A stretch of DNA of 64,000 bases from Candidatus Porifericomitales bacterium (GTDB taxonomy: Bacteria > Pseudomonadota > Gammaproteobacteria > CBDEFV01), in contig CBDEFV010000004.1 of NCBI GenBank assembly GCA_965237735.1, positions 1,006 to 65,005 on the forward strand, read 5' to 3'. Position numbers and translations under genes: made by a program. The notes under the pieces were generated by a model. The model searched no databases and was not told where the DNA came from. It worked only from the letters and a program-made list of their open reading frames with translations. Positions within the stretch are counted from its first letter, which is position 1; each line of letters opens with the position of its first letter. Below, piece by piece: positions 60,192-64,000 of this stretch.

Positions 60192-60275
60192 AAGCTTACC
60201 TCAACAGACAGCGGCGCTTGGTAAAAAGACGCTTGACGAGTGGGGGGGCGAACTCAAAAGCTTACCTCAACAGAC
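60174..60275. repeat. Two exact 36-bp direct repeats separated by a 30-bp unique spacer
   Basis: gtgggggggcgaactcaaaagcttacctcaacagac at 60174-60209 and 60240-60275. Confidence 0.9.
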
Positions 60276-60462
60276 CCGTAAATGAAAAACTGGCTCGCCC
60301 AAGCCCTGAATCCAAGCCACAGGCGACTCCATTTTAGTGCAAAGGACATTTGAGTTGCAATAAAATCCCGCCCCCTCCTCCCTTATAATAAAGTTTTGTC
60401 GCCGTCTCTGTTGCAATCTTCGGTTGCATCGCCATCGGCCGCTGGATTCGTTTTTGCCCTCG

Positions 60463-61266
60463 ATGCCCCCCTCGTCAATCAATCTGGAGAAACTTGTCCT
60501 GCAGGTGCGCGAGCTCGTCCTGAGGGCGGGCGAAAGCATTTCCAGTATCTACTATTCAGAATACGGCATCCGCGAGAAAGCGGACCACAGCCCCGTAACC
60601 ACAGCGGACACAGCGGCCCACGAGATCATCGAACAGGGCCTGTCACAGATCATGCCCGAAATTACAGTCGTCTCCGAAGAATCCGCCACTGCCCTGACGC
60701 CCGAAGTGCGGCAGCGGGCCGATCCGCTCTGGCTCGTCGACCCGCTCGACGGCACCCGCGAGTTCATCAAGCGCAACGGCGAGTTTACGGTCAACATCGC
60801 CCTTATCCAGCAGGGACTGCCTGTGCTCGGGGTCGTTTACGCCCCCCTGAACGAGTTGTGCTACAGCGCCTGGAGCGGCGGCGGCGCCCATCGCCAGCAG
60901 GGCAGCGGAGAAGTTCAGAGAATCCGGGCGCGCTCGCTGCCGGCCAAGCCGACGGTGGTCCTGAGCCGCTCTCATCCCAATGCCGAAACCCTCGAATTCA
61001 TCGACCGGCTCGGTCCCTACGAGCCCATCCTCATGGGCAGTTCCCTGAAAATCTGCTCCGTCGCCGAGGGCCGGGCAGATTTCTACCCACGGCTGCGGGC
61101 CAGCACCTGCGAGTGGGACACGGCCGCGGCCCACGCCGTTCTGCGCGAGGCCGGCGGCCACATGATCGGCCCCGACAACAGGGAGCTGTCGTACAACCTC
61201 CGCGATTCCCTGCTGAACCCCCCCTTTCTCGCCCACGGGGATTTTCACTACCCATGGCCCGACTGA
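60463..61266 (+). CDS. cysQ: 3'(2'),5'-bisphosphate nucleotidase
   Basis: SPVT.AD, SEE, WLVDPLDGTREF, GSSLK, EWDTAA. Confidence 0.94.
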   Translation: MPPSSINLEKLVLQVRELVLRAGESISSIYYSEYGIREKADHSPVTTADTAAHEIIEQGLSQIMPEITVVSEESATALTPEVRQRADPLWLVDPLDGTREFIKRNGEFTVNIALIQQGLPVLGVVYAPLNELCYSAWSGGGAHRQQGSGEVQRIRARSLPAKPTVVLSRSHPNAETLEFIDRLGPYEPILMGSSLKICSVAEGRADFYPRLRASTCEWDTAAAHAVLREAGGHMIGPDNRELSYNLRDSLLNPPFLAHGDFHYPWPD

Positions 61267-61895
61267 TTCCCCGCCGAACCCCTGGCCGCCAGTTGCTGGC
61301 CGCCGTTTCGCTGTGCTTCCTGTGCCTGTTCGCGGCTGTAAAAGCTGCCGCTTCACAGGGAGAGATCGACTTCGACTACTCCGACAGCGACATGCAGAGA
61401 TTCTACTTCAACTGGCACGACTACAGGGAAATTCCCGAGGGATACGCCCGCTTCGACGCCTCCCTGCGCCTCAGGGGAGAGCTCCACCGCGAATTTGGCT
61501 ACGGCTTTCACCACCAGAACTACCGCTTCCCGCCAGGTTCCGACGAGAGAATCCCGAGAGAGGCTGCCAACCACCGCTTCACCTGGGGAGCCATGTTTTA
61601 TCTGACCGACATCGACGGCGACAGAACCGCCCTCTCCCTTGCACTCGCCGGTGCCCTCCACTTTCGCCTGGGATTCGAAAGCCCCTTCTTCATCGGCGGC
61701 GGATTCGAATACACACCCAATTTCTTCATGCTCAACGGCAAGCAACGCATGGCCTGGAATACCGATATCCTGCTGGAGGCCCTGGAATCCGTTCACCTTT
61801 ACCTGCGCTACCAATACATCAATGTAAACTCGCGGAGGTTCTCGTCGAACCTGCTGGCGGATAATCTGGCTATGGGCCTGCGCATCCTGTTTTGA
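61254..61895 (+). CDS. Putative small outer-membrane beta-barrel (YfaZ-like)
   Basis: Signal peptide, alternating beta-strand pattern, YTP, C-terminal GLRILF. Confidence 0.55.
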   Translation: MARLIPRRTPGRQLLAAVSLCFLCLFAAVKAAASQGEIDFDYSDSDMQRFYFNWHDYREIPEGYARFDASLRLRGELHREFGYGFHHQNYRFPPGSDERIPREAANHRFTWGAMFYLTDIDGDRTALSLALAGALHFRLGFESPFFIGGGFEYTPNFFMLNGKQRMAWNTDILLEALESVHLYLRYQYINVNSRRFSSNLLADNLAMGLRILF

Positions 61896-62539
61896 AAGTT
61901 TCCCCGCTGTCCCCCGGCCCGCTCAGAGCCTCTCTGCCGCGCCCGCTGTTGGGACTCCTCGCCCTGACCCTGGCGGCGATCGCGCCGGGACTGGCTGCGG
62001 CCGACCTGCTTGAAGCCGAACTCTGGGATCAGGGTCTGCAGTTCAGCTGGCGCGACATCCACTACGCCAGGCCCCAGGGTCCGCAACCGGAAATAGCGGC
62101 CATCGTCCAGGGGGACGACTACCGTGAGATCAGCATTGGCTCGGGCACGCGCCAGGATCTGCCGTCCCCGTCCAGTGAGGGCCGGAAACCGCTGGTGCCG
62201 GACCGCTACCGCCTGATCAGTCGGCTGTCACTGTTCGCCGCCGAACTCTCAGGCAAAAAATCGGCCATCGGGCTGGCCATGGGCGGCTCGGCTCAGGTGC
62301 GCCTGGGGCAGGCCCCCCTCTACTTCGGCGGCAACCTCCTCTACTCGCCGGCTTTTCTCATCAGCCGCGGGCGGGAAAAACTCGAGCTGGGGGCAGATCT
62401 GCTGTTTGAAACGCCGGGGCGCAATGTGCATGTCTATCTGGGCTACAGCTACCGCCGTTTTGATGCCGGTTCTGACCGCTCCGATGCCCATGTCATCACC
62501 GACGGCCTGCGACTCGGCGTACGCCTGCTCCTGCCGTGA
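61892..62539 (+). CDS. Putative small outer-membrane beta-barrel (YfaZ-like), paralog
   Basis: Signal peptide, GLAMGG, YSP, VYLGY, GVRL. Confidence 0.55.
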   Translation: MKVSPLSPGPLRASLPRPLLGLLALTLAAIAPGLAAADLLEAELWDQGLQFSWRDIHYARPQGPQPEIAAIVQGDDYREISIGSGTRQDLPSPSSEGRKPLVPDRYRLISRLSLFAAELSGKKSAIGLAMGGSAQVRLGQAPLYFGGNLLYSPAFLISRGREKLELGADLLFETPGRNVHVYLGYSYRRFDAGSDRSDAHVITDGLRLGVRLLLP

Positions 62540-63003
62540 GCACGAACGGGGAGAGCAGATCAGGCGACCGCTCCGCACTCGCCGGCATTGACTCCTCGAT
62601 GCTCTCCGCCGGCGCCTATGCCCATGAACTGCAACGGCGGGCCGCCCTTGTCGGCTTTGACTGGCCTGATGCCGACGGGGCCGCAGCCAAGATCGAGGAG
62701 GAGATCGAAGAGTTGCGCGCCCTGCTGATCGAAGGCGCCGCCCCCTCTGAGCCGGACTCGCGGACAACAGAGGATCTTGAGGAGGAAATCGGTGACCTCA
62801 TGTTTGCCGTCATCAATCTGGCCCGCCACCTGGCGATTGACCCCGAAAGGTCGCTGCGCCGGGCAGGCGGCAAATTTGAAGCGCGCTTCCGCGCCATGGA
62901 ACAAGAGCTCCGGGCGCGGGGTCGGGAGCTGCGCCGGGCAGAGTTCACCGAGCTCGACGCCCTCTGGGAGAGCGTCAAAAAACGGCTGAGGGCGAAACCC
63001 TGA
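62536..63003 (+). CDS. MazG-family NTP pyrophosphohydrolase (single domain, C-terminal type)
   Basis: LQRRAA.VGFDW, KIEEEIEE, EEEIGDLMFAVINLARH, KF..RF. Confidence 0.88.
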   Translation: MSTNGESRSGDRSALAGIDSSMLSAGAYAHELQRRAALVGFDWPDADGAAAKIEEEIEELRALLIEGAAPSEPDSRTTEDLEEEIGDLMFAVINLARHLAIDPERSLRRAGGKFEARFRAMEQELRARGRELRRAEFTELDALWESVKKRLRAKP

Positions 63004-63091
63004 AGCCCCGAAGCCTCAAAACAGCTGCCGCTCCTCTCCGCCGCTGCTGCAAGCACAGGGCCACAGGGGACCGCCGGGAAGTCGCGGCGAC

Positions 63092-64000
63092 TCAGCCGTT
63101 GGCCGCTTTCTCCCCGCCTGAGCCGGGATAGGGATAGAGATCGATCAGGCAGGCGGAGAGGCCGTTGGGCATGACTGTGCGCACATGCTCGCGCTTCAGA
63201 CCGCGGACCGAGGCGACGCCACAGGAATGGGCGATGACCCCGACCTCGTGGTGCAGGTTTTGGGCGTAATTGGCCACGCGCACCGCCTTGTCCCTGGGGT
63301 CCAGACCCAGCTGCAGCCGCTTTTTGTGGGTGGTGACGCCCGTGGGACAGGTGTTCTTGTTGCACTGCAGTGCCTGGATGCACCCGAGGGCAAACATGAA
63401 GCCGCGGGCCGAGACGACGAAGTCCGCCCCCATGCACAGGGCCCAGGCGACTTCATTCGGCGTGATCAGCTTGCCCGAAGAGATAACGCGGATGCGCTCC
63501 TTGAGACCGTGCTGCCACAGAAGGTCGCAGGCTTTCGGCAGGGTTTCATGAATCGGCAGCCCCATATTGTCGATCAGGCTCATGGGCGCGGCCCCGGTGC
63601 CGCCGTCGGCGCTGTCTATGGTGATGAAATCGGGGGCGCTGTCGAGACCACGGCGGTGAATTTCAGCGGCCAGTTGCTCGATCCAGTCGTAGCTGCCGAT
63701 GACCGACTTGAAGCCGACGGGCCTGCCCGTGACCTCGCGGATGCGGGCGATCATGTTCAACAGGTCGGGGATGCTGGAGATGTCGGTGTGGCGGTTGGGG
63801 CTGATCGATGGCTCCCCCTGGCGAATACCGCGGATCCTGGCGATCTCCGGGGTCACCTTGCCGCCCGGGAGGATGCCGCCCTTGCCCGGCTTGGCGCCCT
63901 GACTCAGCTTGATTTCAAACATGCGCACCTGCTCATGGGCCGCGATTTCACGCAATTTGTCGTCGCTGAGCTCGCCCGCTTCGTCGCGCACTCCATATCT
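63092..64000 (-). CDS. FMN-binding glutamate synthase family protein (5' end outside the window)
   Basis: EIKLSQGAKPGKGG, DGGTGAAP, GCIQALQC..NTCPTGV. Confidence 0.93.
   Translation of the reverse strand, partial: RYGVRDEAGELSDDKLREIAAHEQVRMFEIKLSQGAKPGKGGILPGGKVTPEIARIRGIRQGEPSISPNRHTDISSIPDLLNMIARIREVTGRPVGFKSVIGSYDWIEQLAAEIHRRGLDSAPDFITIDSADGGTGAAPMSLIDNMGLPIHETLPKACDLLWQHGLKERIRVISSGKLITPNEVAWALCMGADFVVSARGFMFALGCIQALQCNKNTCPTGVTTHKKRLQLGLDPRDKAVRVANYAQNLHHEVGVIAHSCGVASVRGLKREHVRTVMPNGLSACLIDLYPYPGSGGEKAANG

Overview
GC-rich gammaproteobacterial chromosome window made up mostly of housekeeping genes in strongly rearranged order: tsf-pyrH-frr-uppS-cdsA-dxr-rseP-bamA-skp-lpxD-fabZ-lpxA-gatCAB, hisI, lipBA, tpiA-secG, polA, pgk, dsbD, dnaQ, tRNA-Glu, lpxC, recR, nrdJa/b, tldD/pmbA, hda, gshB, scpAB, gltA, a basic amino-acid ABC transporter, argFD and cysQ. 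A giant modular secreted leucine-rich-repeat gene at the left edge suggests a host-associated, possibly sponge-symbiont, lineage (inference). Four observations stand out. (1) DNA polymerase I has lost all three catalytic motifs of its own proofreading domain and carries an in-frame, catalytically intact, diverged copy of the neighbouring dnaQ (Pol III epsilon) exonuclease. (2) Two tandem HisI domains have each kept a complementary half of the active site. (3) A 7 x 191-bp tandem array repeats the lpxC 3' end, and every extra copy has lost the stop codon. (4) Local tandem duplications recur across the window. Single-base frameshifts in essential genes (bamA, gatB, pgk, lipA) point to residual assembly indel errors, so frameshift-based claims need read-level checks.
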